From NCBI GenBank assembly GCA_965237415.1, contig CBDEFM010000001.1:32001-96000 (forward strand): a DNA stretch of 64,000 nt, in the 5' to 3' direction. The stretch's first letter is position 1. Each line of letters opens with the position of its first letter. The notes under the pieces were generated by a model. That model had not been told where the DNA came from, searched no databases, and worked only from the letters and a program-made list of their open reading frames with translations. Origin of the DNA: Alphaproteobacteria bacterium (GTDB lineage Bacteria > Pseudomonadota > Alphaproteobacteria > UBA828). Of this stretch, positions 27,321-37,531 are shown in pieces. Position numbers and translations under genes: made by a program.

Positions 27321-29042
27321 TCAAAGGTCGGCGAAGCAGTGGGTTTCCGCCGCGCCGCCGGGATGCGTCACCGCACCCTGGTAGGCGGGGCCCACGGTCA
27401 CCGCGTATTTCCAGAGCACGCCCGCCTGATAGTCGGTCGAACGCGGGGCCCAGGACTTGCGGCGCTCCGCGAGCTCCGCATCGGAGAGCGCGACGCTGAG
27501 TTCGCCGCTGGCCGCGTCGACGGTCACCTGGTCGCCGTCGCGCAGCAGGGCGATGGGGCCGCCCACCGCAGCTTCCGGCCCGACATGGCCGATGCAGAAG
27601 CCCCGCGTCGCGCCCGAGAACCGGCCGTCGGTGATAAGCGCCACCTCCTCGCCCTTGCCTTGCCCATAAATCTGCGAGGTAACGGCCAGCATCTCGCGCA
27701 TGCCGGGGCCGCCCTTGGGTCCCTCGTAGCGGATGACAATCACGTCGCCCGAGCGGTAGTCGCGGCTGACGATGGCCTTCATCGCTTCTTCCTCGGTGTC
27801 GAAGCAGCGCGCCGGCCCGACATGGCGAAGCCGCGAGAGGCCGGCGACCTTCACGATCGCGCCTTCCGGCGCGAGATTGCCGCTGAGTCCGACCAGGCCG
27901 CCGGTGGGCGAGAGCGGCGCAGACGTCGGCACCACCACGTCCTGCTCCGTGGGAAACGCGACATCGGCGAGGTTCTCGGCAAGCGTGCGGCCTGTCACGG
28001 TCATGCAGTCGCCGTGCAGGTAGCCGCCCTCAAGCAGCGCCTTGAGCACGATGGGCACGCCGCCCACCTCGAACAGGTCCTTCGCGACGTAGCGCCCGCC
28101 CGGCTTGAGGTCGGCGATATAGGGCGTGCGCTTGAACACCTCCGCCACAGCGGAGAGGTCGAAGTCGATCCCCGCCTCGTTCGCGATCGCGGGCAGGTGC
28201 AGCCCGGCGTTGGTCGAGCCGCCGGTCGCCGCCACCACGGTCGCCGCGTTCTCCATCGCCTTTCGGGTGACGATGTCGCGCGGGCGGAGGTTCTTCTCGA
28301 TCAGGTCCATGACGCAGGTGCCCGAGGCCACGGCGAACTCATCGCGGGATTCGTAGACCGCCGGCGCGCCGGCGGAGTGCGGCAACGCAAGGCCGATCGC
28401 CTCCGAGACGCAGGCCATGGTGTTGGCGGTGAACTGCCCGCCGCAGGAGCCGCCGGAAGGACACGCCACCGCCTCGATCTCGGCCAGGTCCTCCTCCGTG
28501 ACGTCGCCCTCGTTGAGCTTGCCGTAATATTCGTAGACATCCATCACCGTGACGTCCCTGCCCCGAAAGCGCCCCGGCAGGATGGAGCCGCCATAGAGGA
28601 AGACGCCCGGCACGTTGAGCCGCACCAGCGCCATCATCATGCCCGGCAGCGACTTGTCGCAGCCGGCGATGCCCACCAGCGCGTCATAGGAGTGCCCGCG
28701 CATGGTGAGCTCCACCGAGTCCGCAATCACGTCGCGGGAGACGAGCGACGACTTCATGCCCTGATGGCCCATGGCGATGCCGTCGGTCACCGTGATCGTG
28801 GTAAACTCGCGCGGGGTGCCGCCCGCCTCGTCCACGCCCGCCTTCGCCGCCTGCGCCTGTCGGCGGAGCGTGATGTTGCAGGGCGCAGTCTCGTTCCAGG
28901 TGGTCGCGACGCCCACGATGGGCCGGCTCATCGCCTGGCGGGAGACGCCCATGGCGTAGAAGAACGCCCTGTGCCCGGCGCTCTTGGCCCCCTCGGTGAT
29001 GTGCCTGCTCGGCAGCTTCGACTTGTCGAATTTCGTGCTCAT
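27321..29042 (-). CDS. ilvD: Dihydroxy-acid dehydratase
   Basis: PCN, TDGIAMGH, GCDKS, CGGQFTANTM, GPGMREM, TDGRFSG. Confidence 0.95.
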   Translation of the reverse strand: MSTKFDKSKLPSRHITEGAKSAGHRAFFYAMGVSRQAMSRPIVGVATTWNETAPCNITLRRQAQAAKAGVDEAGGTPREFTTITVTDGIAMGHQGMKSSLVSRDVIADSVELTMRGHSYDALVGIAGCDKSLPGMMMALVRLNVPGVFLYGGSILPGRFRGRDVTVMDVYEYYGKLNEGDVTEEDLAEIEAVACPSGGSCGGQFTANTMACVSEAIGLALPHSAGAPAVYESRDEFAVASGTCVMDLIEKNLRPRDIVTRKAMENAATVVAATGGSTNAGLHLPAIANEAGIDFDLSAVAEVFKRTPYIADLKPGGRYVAKDLFEVGGVPIVLKALLEGGYLHGDCMTVTGRTLAENLADVAFPTEQDVVVPTSAPLSPTGGLVGLSGNLAPEGAIVKVAGLSRLRHVGPARCFDTEEEAMKAIVSRDYRSGDVIVIRYEGPKGGPGMREMLAVTSQIYGQGKGEEVALITDGRFSGATRGFCIGHVGPEAAVGGPIALLRDGDQVTVDAASGELSVALSDAELAERRKSWAPRSTDYQAGVLWKYAVTVGPAYQGAVTHPGGAAETHCFADL

Positions 29043-29199
29043 GGCGCCCTTCCCCCCAACGCACCGCCCCAGTTGCGGGGCGGCGCTGCATCTGCCGCGC
29101 GGACCCGCCCGTCAGGCCGGGCCCGCCGGCGCACGGCTTACTCGCCCCCGTGGGCTGCGGTCAAGCCACGAACATCGCCCCGGCGATGTCAACACGCCG

Positions 29200-31851
29200 T
29201 TACGGCGCCGCGATACGCTCCAGCGCCGCCTTGAGCCGGGCCTCCGCCGTGCGCGCCTCGTCCAGCCGGCCGCGCTGCTCCTCGACCACGTGCGCCGGCG
29301 CCCGGGCGAGGAACTGCTCGTTATCGAGCTTGCGCTGGAGCGCGGCCATCTCCTTGCCCACCTTGCCGAGCTCCCGGTCGAGCCTCGCACGCTCCTTGTC
29401 GAACTCGATGACGCCAGCGAGCGGGAGCACGATCGTCGCCTCGTCCAGCATCATCTGCACCGAGCCGGACGGCACCTCGCCATCCAGCGGCGCGGCTCCG
29501 CTCAGCCGCGCGAGGCGCTCGATCACCTCCCGGTGGCGGGTGAGGCGCGCCGCCGTCTCCGGCCCGGCCCCGCGCAGCCCGAGCGCGATGCGCGCGCCTG
29601 CGGGAACGTTCATCTCGGCACGCACGGCGCGCACCGCGGTGACGAGCCGCACCACCCAGTCCATCTCCCGCGAGGCGGCGGGATCGCCGATGCCGTCGGC
29701 GGGCGCGGGCCAGGGCGCCGTGATGAGCGTGCCCGCCCGCCCCTCGTCGATCCGGCCCCAAAGCTCCTCCGAGACGAAGGGCATGAAGGGATGGAGGAGG
29801 CCGAGGATCGTGTCCAACACCCAGGCGGCCGTGGAGCGGGTTTCGTCCTTCGCCGGCCCGTCGGGACCGGAAAGCGTCGGCTTGGAGAACTCCAGGTACC
29901 AGTCGCAGAAGACATCCCAGGTGAAGTGGTAGACCGCGCCCGCCGCCGCGTCGAAGCGGTAGGCATCGAGCGCTCCGGTCACCTCGCGGGCGGCGCGGGC
30001 GGCCTCGCCCACGATCCAGCGGTTGATCTGGCCCTCGGCTTGGGCGGGGTCGAAACCGGGCACGGGCGAGCACCCGTTCGCCTCGCAAAAGCGCGCAGCG
30101 TTCCAGAGCTTGGTGGCGAAATTGCGGTAGCCGGCGACGCGGCTCTCGGCGAGCTTGATGTCCCGGCCCTGCGCCTCCATCGCCGCCAGCGTGAAGCGGA
30201 GCGCGTCGGCGCCATACTCGTCGATCAACGCGAGCGGGTCGATCACGTTCCCCTTGCTCTTGGACATCTTCTGCCCCGTCGCGTCGCGCACCAGCGCATG
30301 GATGTAGACGGTGCGGAAGGGGACATCGCCCATGAAGTGAAGCCCAAGCATCGCCATCCGGGCGACCCAGAAAAAAATGATGTCGAAGCCGGTGATCAGG
30401 TCGCTGTTCGGATAGTAGGTCTCGAGCGGCTCGGTGCGCTCGGGCCAGCCGAGGGTTGAGAACGGCCAGAGGCCCGAGCTGAACCAGGTGTCCAGCACGT
30501 CCTCGTCGCGCGTGAGCGGCTTGGGCCTGCCGTAGTGCTGCGCCGCCTGCTCTTCCGCTTCGGCCTCGGTGGCGGCGACGAAGACGTGGCCGTCGGGGCC
30601 GTACCACGCCGGGATGCGATGGCCCCACCAGAGCTGGCGCGAGATGCACCAGGGCTGGATGTTGCGCATCCACTCGAAATACGTGTTCTCCCAACGCGCG
30701 GGCACAAAGCGGATGCGGCCGTCCTCTACCGCCTCGATCGCGGGCTCGGCGAGGGTCTTGGCATCGACGTACCACTGATCGGTCAGCCACGGCTCGATGA
30801 CCGCGCCCGAGCGGTCGCCGTGGGGCACGGTGTGGACGTGCGGCTCCACCTTTTCGATCAGACCTTCGGCCTCCAGATCGGCGAGCACGCGCTCGCGCGC
30901 CTCCATGCGGTCGAGGCGGCGATAGGCCTCGGGCGCGTTCTCGTTGATCCGGGCCTCGGCGTCGAACACGTTGACGATGTCGAGGTCGTGGCGGCGGCCC
31001 ACCTCGAAATCGTTGAAGTCGTGGGCCGGGGTAATCTTCACCGCACCGGAGCCCTGGGCGGGATCGGCGTAGTCGTCGGCGACGACGGGCAAGCGGCGGC
31101 CGACGAGCGGCAGCAGGGCGTCGCTGCCGACGAGGCCCCGGTAACGCTCATCCTCCGGGTGCACGGCGACGGCGGTATCGCCCAGCATGGTCTCGGGCCG
31201 GGTGGTGGCGACGACGATGTGCTCCCCGGGCCGGCCTGCGATGGGATAGCGGACGTGCCAGAGCTTGCCGTCCCGCATCTCGCGCTGTTCGACCTCCAGG
31301 TCGGAGATCGCGGTGCCCAGCACCGGGTCCCAGTTGACCAGGCGCTTGTCGCGATAGATGAGGCCCTGGCGGTAGAGGGTGACGAACACCTTGATCACCG
31401 CCAGGCTCAGGCCCTCGTCCATGGTGAAGCGCTCCCTGGCCCAGTCGGGGGAGGCGCCGAGGCGGCGGAGCTGGCGCCCGATCGCGCCGCCCGATTCCGC
31501 CTTCCAGGACCACACCCGCTCGATGAACGCCTCGCGGCCGAGGGCACGGCGTTCCGTCCCCTCCTCCGCCAGCTGGCGCTCGACCACCATCTGCGTCGCG
31601 ATCCCCGCATGGTCCATGCCCGGCTGCCAGAGCGCGTTGCGCCCGGTCTTGCGGCGATAGCGGGTGAGCACATCCTGCAACGTGTTGTTGAGCGCATGCC
31701 CCATGTGCAGGCTGCCGGTGACGTTGGGCGGCGGCATCATCACGCACCACGGCACGCTCTCGCCGGGCCGGCCGGCGAAGCCGCCGCTCTTCTCCCAGAG
31801 ATCGTATAGACGGCCCTCGAAATCGGCAGGCCGATAGGTCTTCTCAAGCAT
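29200..31851 (-). CDS. valS: Valine--tRNA ligase
   Basis: MLEKTY start, PPPNVTGSLHMGH, KMSKSKGN, C-terminal coiled coil. Confidence 0.97.
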   Translation of the reverse strand: MLEKTYRPADFEGRLYDLWEKSGGFAGRPGESVPWCVMMPPPNVTGSLHMGHALNNTLQDVLTRYRRKTGRNALWQPGMDHAGIATQMVVERQLAEEGTERRALGREAFIERVWSWKAESGGAIGRQLRRLGASPDWARERFTMDEGLSLAVIKVFVTLYRQGLIYRDKRLVNWDPVLGTAISDLEVEQREMRDGKLWHVRYPIAGRPGEHIVVATTRPETMLGDTAVAVHPEDERYRGLVGSDALLPLVGRRLPVVADDYADPAQGSGAVKITPAHDFNDFEVGRRHDLDIVNVFDAEARINENAPEAYRRLDRMEARERVLADLEAEGLIEKVEPHVHTVPHGDRSGAVIEPWLTDQWYVDAKTLAEPAIEAVEDGRIRFVPARWENTYFEWMRNIQPWCISRQLWWGHRIPAWYGPDGHVFVAATEAEAEEQAAQHYGRPKPLTRDEDVLDTWFSSGLWPFSTLGWPERTEPLETYYPNSDLITGFDIIFFWVARMAMLGLHFMGDVPFRTVYIHALVRDATGQKMSKSKGNVIDPLALIDEYGADALRFTLAAMEAQGRDIKLAESRVAGYRNFATKLWNAARFCEANGCSPVPGFDPAQAEGQINRWIVGEAARAAREVTGALDAYRFDAAAGAVYHFTWDVFCDWYLEFSKPTLSGPDGPAKDETRSTAAWVLDTILGLLHPFMPFVSEELWGRIDEGRAGTLITAPWPAPADGIGDPAASREMDWVVRLVTAVRAVRAEMNVPAGARIALGLRGAGPETAARLTRHREVIERLARLSGAAPLDGEVPSGSVQMMLDEATIVLPLAGVIEFDKERARLDRELGKVGKEMAALQRKLDNEQFLARAPAHVVEEQRGRLDEARTAEARLKAALERIAAP

Positions 31852-31924
31852 CGTCGTCTCGTAACCGTTTCGGGAGGATGGGGCTAGTACGGAGGTAGGC
31901 GTGAAAGCACCCTTGGGGAACGTC

Positions 31925-32362
31925 TCACTCGGGCTCGGAGCGGCGCGTAGCTCGTTCGAGCTCGCGCTGTACAAGGCGCTCGACGATCGGCGGCATGTGC
32001 GTGTCGAGCCACGTCTGGAGCATCGGCCTGAGCGCCTCCAACATTTGCTCGTCAGTGGCCTTGCTGCCTTCGCCGGCCGGCCGGGGCGGTCGCTCGCCGG
32101 AGGGCGGAAACGAGAACGCTGGCGCGCCCTCGGCGGCCTGTCCTCGCTGGATCACATTGCCCTGCTCGTCGACCACGTCGATCAGATCGAGCACGTCATC
32201 GCCTCCGGAAGGCTTGGTCGCGGGCGGGGGCGAAGGTGGGGCCAAGGTCGCTGCATCTGCGTCCGCGCTCCGCCCGCGGCTCTCGCCCTCCGAGACGATC
32301 TGGCCGATCGACTCCAGGATCTGCTCCTTCGATAGGTCGTCGCTGGGCTTTCGGTTGGTCAT
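31925..32362 (-). CDS. popZ: PopZ / DUF2497 polar organizing protein
   Basis: N-terminal helix EQILESIGQIV, DDVLDL, C-terminal LRPMLQTWLDTHMPPIVERLVQRELER; adjacent to valS as is usual in alphaproteobacteria. Confidence 0.85.
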   Translation of the reverse strand: MTNRKPSDDLSKEQILESIGQIVSEGESRGRSADADAATLAPPSPPPATKPSGGDDVLDLIDVVDEQGNVIQRGQAAEGAPAFSFPPSGERPPRPAGEGSKATDEQMLEALRPMLQTWLDTHMPPIVERLVQRELERATRRSEPE

Positions 32363-32524
32363 GGCCCCGTGCCGGCGGGCGCGTGACGCGGCTCGGCTCC
32401 GAGCCTAGGTTATTCCGGTCACGATTGCCACCTCGCGCACCGATTCCGGGCAGCGGCGGTCGCCTTGGGCCGCCCCTTGGCTTATAATGTTCGGAGAGAG
32501 TCGCTTGAGAAGGAGCGGGACCAC

Positions 32525-32947
32525 TTGCCGATATCCACGCTGGAACAGCGCTGCGGCGAAATCGGCCTGAAGATGACCGAACAGAGGCGCGTGATCGCGC
32601 GCGTCCTCTCGGATGCGTCGGATCATCCCGACGTCGAGGGACTCTACCGGCGCGCTACCGAGATCGACCCCCGCATCAGCCTGGCGACGGTCTATCGCAC
32701 GGTCCGCCTCTTCGAGGAGTGCGGCCTGCTGGAACGCCATGACTTCCGCGACGGGCGGTCGCGCTACGAAGAGCACCCCGACGAGCACCACGACCATCTG
32801 ATCGACCTGACGTCGGGCAAGGTGGTGGAATTCCAGAACGAGGAGATCGAGGCGCTTCAGGCCGCCGTCGCCAAGGCGCTCGGCTACAAGCTCGTGGATC
32901 ACCGGTTGGAGCTCTACGCTGTCCCGCTGGAAACGCCCGAGGATTGA
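32525..32947 (+). CDS. fur: Fur/Mur family metal uptake regulator
   Basis: TTG start after GAAGGAG; MTEQRRVIARVL, HPDVE, ISLATVYRTVRLF, HHDHLID. Confidence 0.9.
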   Translation: MPISTLEQRCGEIGLKMTEQRRVIARVLSDASDHPDVEGLYRRATEIDPRISLATVYRTVRLFEECGLLERHDFRDGRSRYEEHPDEHHDHLIDLTSGKVVEFQNEEIEALQAAVAKALGYKLVDHRLELYAVPLETPED

Positions 32948-32962
32948 CGTACGAAGAAGCCC

Positions 32963-33745
32963 ATGACCGACGATGATTTCATCATGGCCGGGATCGTCGC
33001 CGGGAGCCTTGAGGTGCGCCTGGCGCGCTCACCGGCTGAGGTAGACGCCGTCCAGGCGCTGCGCTATCGCGTGTTCTACGAGGAGATGGCGGCCGACCCG
33101 AGCAGCGAGATGGCGGCGCGCGAGCGCGACTTCGACCGCTTCGATGCTTATTCCGACCATCTGCTTGTGATCGACCACGACCGCAGCGCCGGCGACAAGG
33201 TGGTCGGCACCTATCGCCTGCTCAGACGTTCGGTGGCGGACGCGCACGGCGGCTTCTATTCGTCCTGGGAGTACGACATCGACACGATCGTGGCCCATCC
33301 CGGCGAGATTCTGGAGCTCGGCCGCTCCTGCGTCGATCCCGCGTACCGCAACGGCACCACGATGACCCTGCTCTGGCGGGGCAACGCGACCTACGTGATG
33401 CACTACGACGTTCCGATCATGTTCGGCTGCGCCAGCTTCCCGGGTACGGACCCGGCGGCGCATGCGGCACCGCTCTCCTACCTTCATCACTTCCACCGCG
33501 CGCCGCCGGCGCTTTGCCCGCGCGCGAGGGACGAGCACTACGTCAATATGAACCTGATGCCGAAGGATGCGGTGGACAGGCGCGCCGCGCTCAAGGCGGT
33601 GCCGCCCTTGATCAAGGGCTATCTCCGGCTTAGTGGCTTCGTGGGCGACGGTGCGGTCATCGACCGGCAATGGGGCAGCGTCGATGTCAGCATCGTCGTC
33701 AAGACCGACCTCGTGACACAGCGCTACCTGGACAAGCTCACATGA
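32963..33745 (+). CDS. olsB: Ornithine lipid N-acyltransferase (GNAT)
   Basis: QALRYRVFYEEM, VGTYRLL, LELGRSCV, FGCASF, PPLIKGYLRL. Confidence 0.85.
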   Translation: MTDDDFIMAGIVAGSLEVRLARSPAEVDAVQALRYRVFYEEMAADPSSEMAARERDFDRFDAYSDHLLVIDHDRSAGDKVVGTYRLLRRSVADAHGGFYSSWEYDIDTIVAHPGEILELGRSCVDPAYRNGTTMTLLWRGNATYVMHYDVPIMFGCASFPGTDPAAHAAPLSYLHHFHRAPPALCPRARDEHYVNMNLMPKDAVDRRAALKAVPPLIKGYLRLSGFVGDGAVIDRQWGSVDVSIVVKTDLVTQRYLDKLT

Positions 33746-35058
33746 TCGCCTTCGCGGTGCTGCTCCGCTTCTTCGGCTGGACCGTCTGCCTGGTCCCGTT
33801 TCAGCTGGTTCTCATGGCGATCCGGGCGCCGCTTGCCAAACGTCTGCCCGTGGTCTGGCACCGGGGCGTGTGCCGCATCTTCGGATTCAGGATCGAGCGG
33901 TACGGTACGGTGTCGCGGACCGTGCCCACCCTCTTCGTCTGCAACCACACGTCCTACCTCGACATCAGCGCGCTTGGCGCCGTAGTGCCGGGAAGCTTCG
34001 TCGCCAAGGCCGAAGTGCGCAGCTGGCCGATGTTCGGCTTCCTCGCCAGGATGCAGCGGACCGTGTTCGTGGAGCGCCGCGCGTCGCGCACCGCTCACCA
34101 TCTCGACGACATGACCGCGCGGCTCGAGGCGGGCGACAACCTGATCCTGTTCCCGGAGGGCACCAGCAACGACGGCAACAGGGTGCTGCCGTTCAAGAGC
34201 GCCTTCTTCGGCATCGCCGAGAAGCCGGTCAGGAGCAAGCCGCTCGTGGTTCAGCCGGTCTCGATCGCCTACACGCGGCTGAACGGGATCCCCATGGGGC
34301 GGCCCTACAGGCCCTTCTACGCCTGGTACGGCGACATGGAGCTCGCGAGTCATCTGTGGACCGTGGCCGGCCTCGGCAACGCCACGATCGCCATTCAGTT
34401 TCACCCCCCGGTGACCATCGAGCAGTTCCGCTCCCGCAAGGAAATGGCCGAGGCCTGCCAGATCGCGATCGCCGACGGGGTCTCTCGCGCGATCAGCGGC
34501 AAGCTCTCGCCGCCGATCAGAAAACGCTTCTGGGCACCGAGACCCGCCTGAATCGCCCTCGCCGGCGAGGGCAGCCGGCACGATCGCCCGGCGCAAGGTG
34601 AGCGCGTCCACGGCCTCGGTCTGCGGTCTGAAGTAATAGCTGGGGCGGCGTCCGACGGGAGCGAATCCCAAGGCACGGTACAGGCGCAGTGCGGCGGTAT
34701 TGTCTTCCGCGACTTCGAGATAGAGAGCGCGGAGGTCGCGCCGGCTCACCCAATCGATCGCCGCATGCATCAGGGCGCGGGCGATGCCGCGCTCGCGCGC
34801 GGAAGGCGCCACGCCGAGCGACAGCACCTCGGCGCGTGCGTGGTTCGTACGGCCGAGAACGAAGCCCAGCGGCTCGTCCTCGCAGCGCCAGAGCAGGCCG
34901 AAGCCACCCGGAGCCTGTGCGATGCGGCCGATCAGCTCGGGCCGCCACGGTTCGTCGAAACAGCAGGCGTGGAGCGCCGCAACGGCGGAGAGGTCGCCCC
35001 CGCGGATCTCCGCGATCGACGCTGCCGCGATCGCCGGCGGATCACCCACGAGGGGCAT
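33724..35058 (-). CDS. rimI: RimI-like acetyltransferase whose frame continues ~280 codons antisense to olsA
   Basis: LHACCFDEPW, AEVLSLGVAP, YLEVAEDN..ALRLY..LGF..VGRRPSYY; domain ends near 34585, first in-frame stop at 33724. Confidence 0.75.
   Translation of the reverse strand: MPLVGDPPAIAAASIAEIRGGDLSAVAALHACCFDEPWRPELIGRIAQAPGGFGLLWRCEDEPLGFVLGRTNHARAEVLSLGVAPSARERGIARALMHAAIDWVSRRDLRALYLEVAEDNTAALRLYRALGFAPVGRRPSYYFRPQTEAVDALTLRRAIVPAALAGEGDSGGSRCPEAFSDRRRELAADRARDPVGDRDLAGLGHFLAGAELLDGHRGVKLNGDRGVAEAGHGPQMTRELHVAVPGVEGPVGPPHGDPVQPRVGDRDRLNHERLAPDRLLGDAEEGALERQHPVAVVAGALREQDQVVARLEPRGHVVEMVSGARRAALHEHGPLHPGEEAEHRPAAHFGLGDEASRHYGAKRADVEVGRVVADEEGGHGPRHRTVPLDPESEDAAHAPVPDHGQTFGKRRPDRHENQLKRDQADGPAEEAEQHREGDHVSLSR
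33742..34551 (+). CDS. olsA: Lysophospholipid/lyso-ornithine lipid acyltransferase (PlsC/OlsA)
   Basis: NHTSYLD (HX4D), FPEGTS; ATGA coupling to olsB. Confidence 0.75.
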   Translation: MIAFAVLLRFFGWTVCLVPFQLVLMAIRAPLAKRLPVVWHRGVCRIFGFRIERYGTVSRTVPTLFVCNHTSYLDISALGAVVPGSFVAKAEVRSWPMFGFLARMQRTVFVERRASRTAHHLDDMTARLEAGDNLILFPEGTSNDGNRVLPFKSAFFGIAEKPVRSKPLVVQPVSIAYTRLNGIPMGRPYRPFYAWYGDMELASHLWTVAGLGNATIAIQFHPPVTIEQFRSRKEMAEACQIAIADGVSRAISGKLSPPIRKRFWAPRPA

Positions 35059-35758
35059 TTCCTCCGGTGGGCCGGGCCTTGGGCCGCGCACCGGCCTCGC
35101 GCAGGTAAAGAGGTCGCACGGGCGCCGCAACGCCCCCCTCGGCCTCGGCCTCCGCCTCGGCACGGGCGGCGGCGCAGCGGACGAGCACGCGCGCATCGGG
35201 CGTTGGGGAGCCGCTTGCCGGGCGTGCCTCGATCGCAGGTGCTAACGCCGCAAGCGCGACCTCTTGCCCGGTTCCCACCACGACAAGTGGACTGCCGTTC
35301 CCCGCCGCCACGAACCCAGGCAACGCCTCGGCCGCCAGCGCCTGCGGCGGGCAGAGCGCGCGCAGCGAACGGTCGAAGAGCTGGGCATAGAGGCGTCCCC
35401 GCCCCGCATCGAGAGCAGCGAGAACCGGCCCGTCGCGCTCACCGGCAGGAACGCCGGCAGCGAGAACCTCGAGCGTGGAAAGCCCGATCAAGGGCCGCTT
35501 CAGAGCGAGGGCGAGACCGCGCGCGGTTGCCAGGCCGATCCGAATTCCGGTGAAGGAGCCGGGGCCGACCGTGACCGCGAACCGGTCGATCGCAGCGAGC
35601 GTCGTGCCCCCCTCGGCCGCGACCTCGCGCAGCATGGGCACGAGCGCCTCCGCATGCCTGCCGCCGGCCTCGATGCGCCTGTGGGCGGTCACCTCGCCCT
35701 CGGCCCAGAGCGCGGCCGAGCAGGCCGTCGTCGCCGTGTCGAACCCGAGTAGCCTCAT
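35042..35758 (-). CDS. tsaB: tRNA threonylcarbamoyladenosine biosynthesis protein TsaB
   Basis: MRLLGFDTAT..CSAAL, HAEALVP, GPGSFTGIRIG, PLYLR. Confidence 0.93.
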   Translation of the reverse strand: MRLLGFDTATTACSAALWAEGEVTAHRRIEAGGRHAEALVPMLREVAAEGGTTLAAIDRFAVTVGPGSFTGIRIGLATARGLALALKRPLIGLSTLEVLAAGVPAGERDGPVLAALDAGRGRLYAQLFDRSLRALCPPQALAAEALPGFVAAGNGSPLVVVGTGQEVALAALAPAIEARPASGSPTPDARVLVRCAAARAEAEAEAEGGVAAPVRPLYLREAGARPKARPTGGNAPRG

Positions 35759-35900
35759 CCGTGCGGAGCCATTCGCCAATTGCTGCCTTGCGTCCGCTCG
35801 TGGCGCTCTAGCACCCGCGCGGCTGCGGCCGCAACCATGCATCGCCGGACAAACCGGTGCTATTGTGGCGAATGCTCCCGGTCGCAACGCGACGACACCC

Positions 35901-36464
35901 ATGACCGGCCTGATCGAGATCGCTCCGCCTCGCTTCGACGTGTCGCTGGCGCTTGCCTACGCCAGCGACGACAACATCACGGGCCGCCGCATCTACCGCA
36001 GGGCAGCCTGCTACCTCCACGCCGACGCCGCGGCGCTGCTCGACCGCGCCATCGATCTCGCCGGCGCGCAGGGCCTGAAACTCGTTATCTTCGACGGCTA
36101 TCGCCCGGTCGAAGCGCAATGGGCGCTCTGGCAGCAGTGCCCGGACCCGACCTTCCTTGCGGACCCAAGACGCGGCTCGCCGCACTCGCGGGGCGTCGCG
36201 GTCGATCTCAGCCTTGCGGATCGGGAGACCGGCGCGACGCTCGACATGGGCACCGGCTTCGACGATCTGACGCCGCGCGCATTCCACGGCAGCGCCGCAC
36301 CGACGCCGGCTGCACAGCGCAACCGGATGCTGCTGCTCGGCCTGATGGCGTCGGCCGGCTGGGATCACTATCTCAACGAATGGTGGCACTACCAGATGTT
36401 CACGCCCCGCCGTTATCCCCTGCTCTGGGATACCGCTGCGGGCACCGGGTTGATGGCACCGTGA
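35901..36464 (+). CDS. ddpX: D-Ala-D-Ala dipeptidase (VanX/DdpX, M15D)
   Basis: FDGYRP, SPHSRGVAVD, DMGTGFD, EWWHY. Confidence 0.9.
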   Translation: MTGLIEIAPPRFDVSLALAYASDDNITGRRIYRRAACYLHADAAALLDRAIDLAGAQGLKLVIFDGYRPVEAQWALWQQCPDPTFLADPRRGSPHSRGVAVDLSLADRETGATLDMGTGFDDLTPRAFHGSAAPTPAAQRNRMLLLGLMASAGWDHYLNEWWHYQMFTPRRYPLLWDTAAGTGLMAP

Positions 36465-37498
36465 CGATCCGCTCGCTCTTCCTCTCCGGTCGCTCCATGT
36501 GCATCGCACTGGCCACCGCAATCATCGTTGCAACCGGCAGCACCGCGGCGCTTGCCGCCGATTCCGCCGTCCTCCTGATCTACCACCGGTTCGGCGAGGA
36601 CTCGTACCCGTCGACGAGCGTCACGATCGCCCAGCTCGAGGCGCACATCGAGCACCTCGCGAGCGGTGGCTACAGCGTGCTGCCGGTTCCGGAGATTCTC
36701 GCGGCGATCGATGCCGGCCAGCCACTGCCGGAGCGTACCGTCGGCATCACCGTCGACGACGCGACGCGCTCGACCTTCGAGGAAGCGTGGCCGCGATTCG
36801 AGGAGGCGGGTTTCCCGTTCACCGTCTTCGTCTCCACCGACGCGGTGGATCAGGGCCACGCCGGCATCATGAGCTGGGACGAACTGCGCCAACTGGTCGC
36901 GGCGGGCGTGACCATCGGCAATCACAGCGCCGCGCACGGCTACATGTGGCGCGGGGACGACGCGGAGAACCGAGCCGACCTGCTGCGCGCGCAGCGGCGG
37001 ATCAAGGAGAAGCTCGGCGTGGATGCCGCGCTCTTCGCCTATCCCTACGGCGAATGGAACGGCGCAGTTCGTGAGCTTGTCGCGGAGCTCGGATTCACCG
37101 CGGCCTTCGGCCAGCACTCAGGCGTCGTCGCGGCGCATTCGGACAGGCTCAACCTCCCGCGCTTCGCCTTGAATGAGAGCTTCGGAGACATCGACCGCTT
37201 CAGGTTGATCGCAGATACCCTGCCGCTCGGCGCCCGCGCCGTGACACCGACGGATCAGATCATCGTGGAGAATCCGCCGACGGTCGGTTTCACGATCGAG
37301 CCGCCCCTGCCTAACCCCGCCTCCCTCGCCTGCTATGCCTCGGGTGGCGTTGATGCCACGCTCGACCACAAGGACGGCGGCCGCGTCGAGGTGCAGTTCG
37401 ACCGGCCCTTCCCGACCGGACGGGCCCGGCTCAACTGTACCGCCCCCGCCAAGGGCGGGCGCTGGCACTGGTTTGGGCTTCAGTTCGTGGCGCCGTAG
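36461..37498 (+). CDS. Exported polysaccharide deacetylase (CE4)
   Basis: Signal peptide, LIYHRFGE, ITVDD, GNHSAAH, FAYPYG, LPRF. Confidence 0.85.
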   Translation: MTIRSLFLSGRSMCIALATAIIVATGSTAALAADSAVLLIYHRFGEDSYPSTSVTIAQLEAHIEHLASGGYSVLPVPEILAAIDAGQPLPERTVGITVDDATRSTFEEAWPRFEEAGFPFTVFVSTDAVDQGHAGIMSWDELRQLVAAGVTIGNHSAAHGYMWRGDDAENRADLLRAQRRIKEKLGVDAALFAYPYGEWNGAVRELVAELGFTAAFGQHSGVVAAHSDRLNLPRFALNESFGDIDRFRLIADTLPLGARAVTPTDQIIVENPPTVGFTIEPPLPNPASLACYASGGVDATLDHKDGGRVEVQFDRPFPTGRARLNCTAPAKGGRWHWFGLQFVAP

Positions 37499-37531
37499 AG
37501 CGAGTCCGATGGCGGCGAGTGCCGCCCCTGG

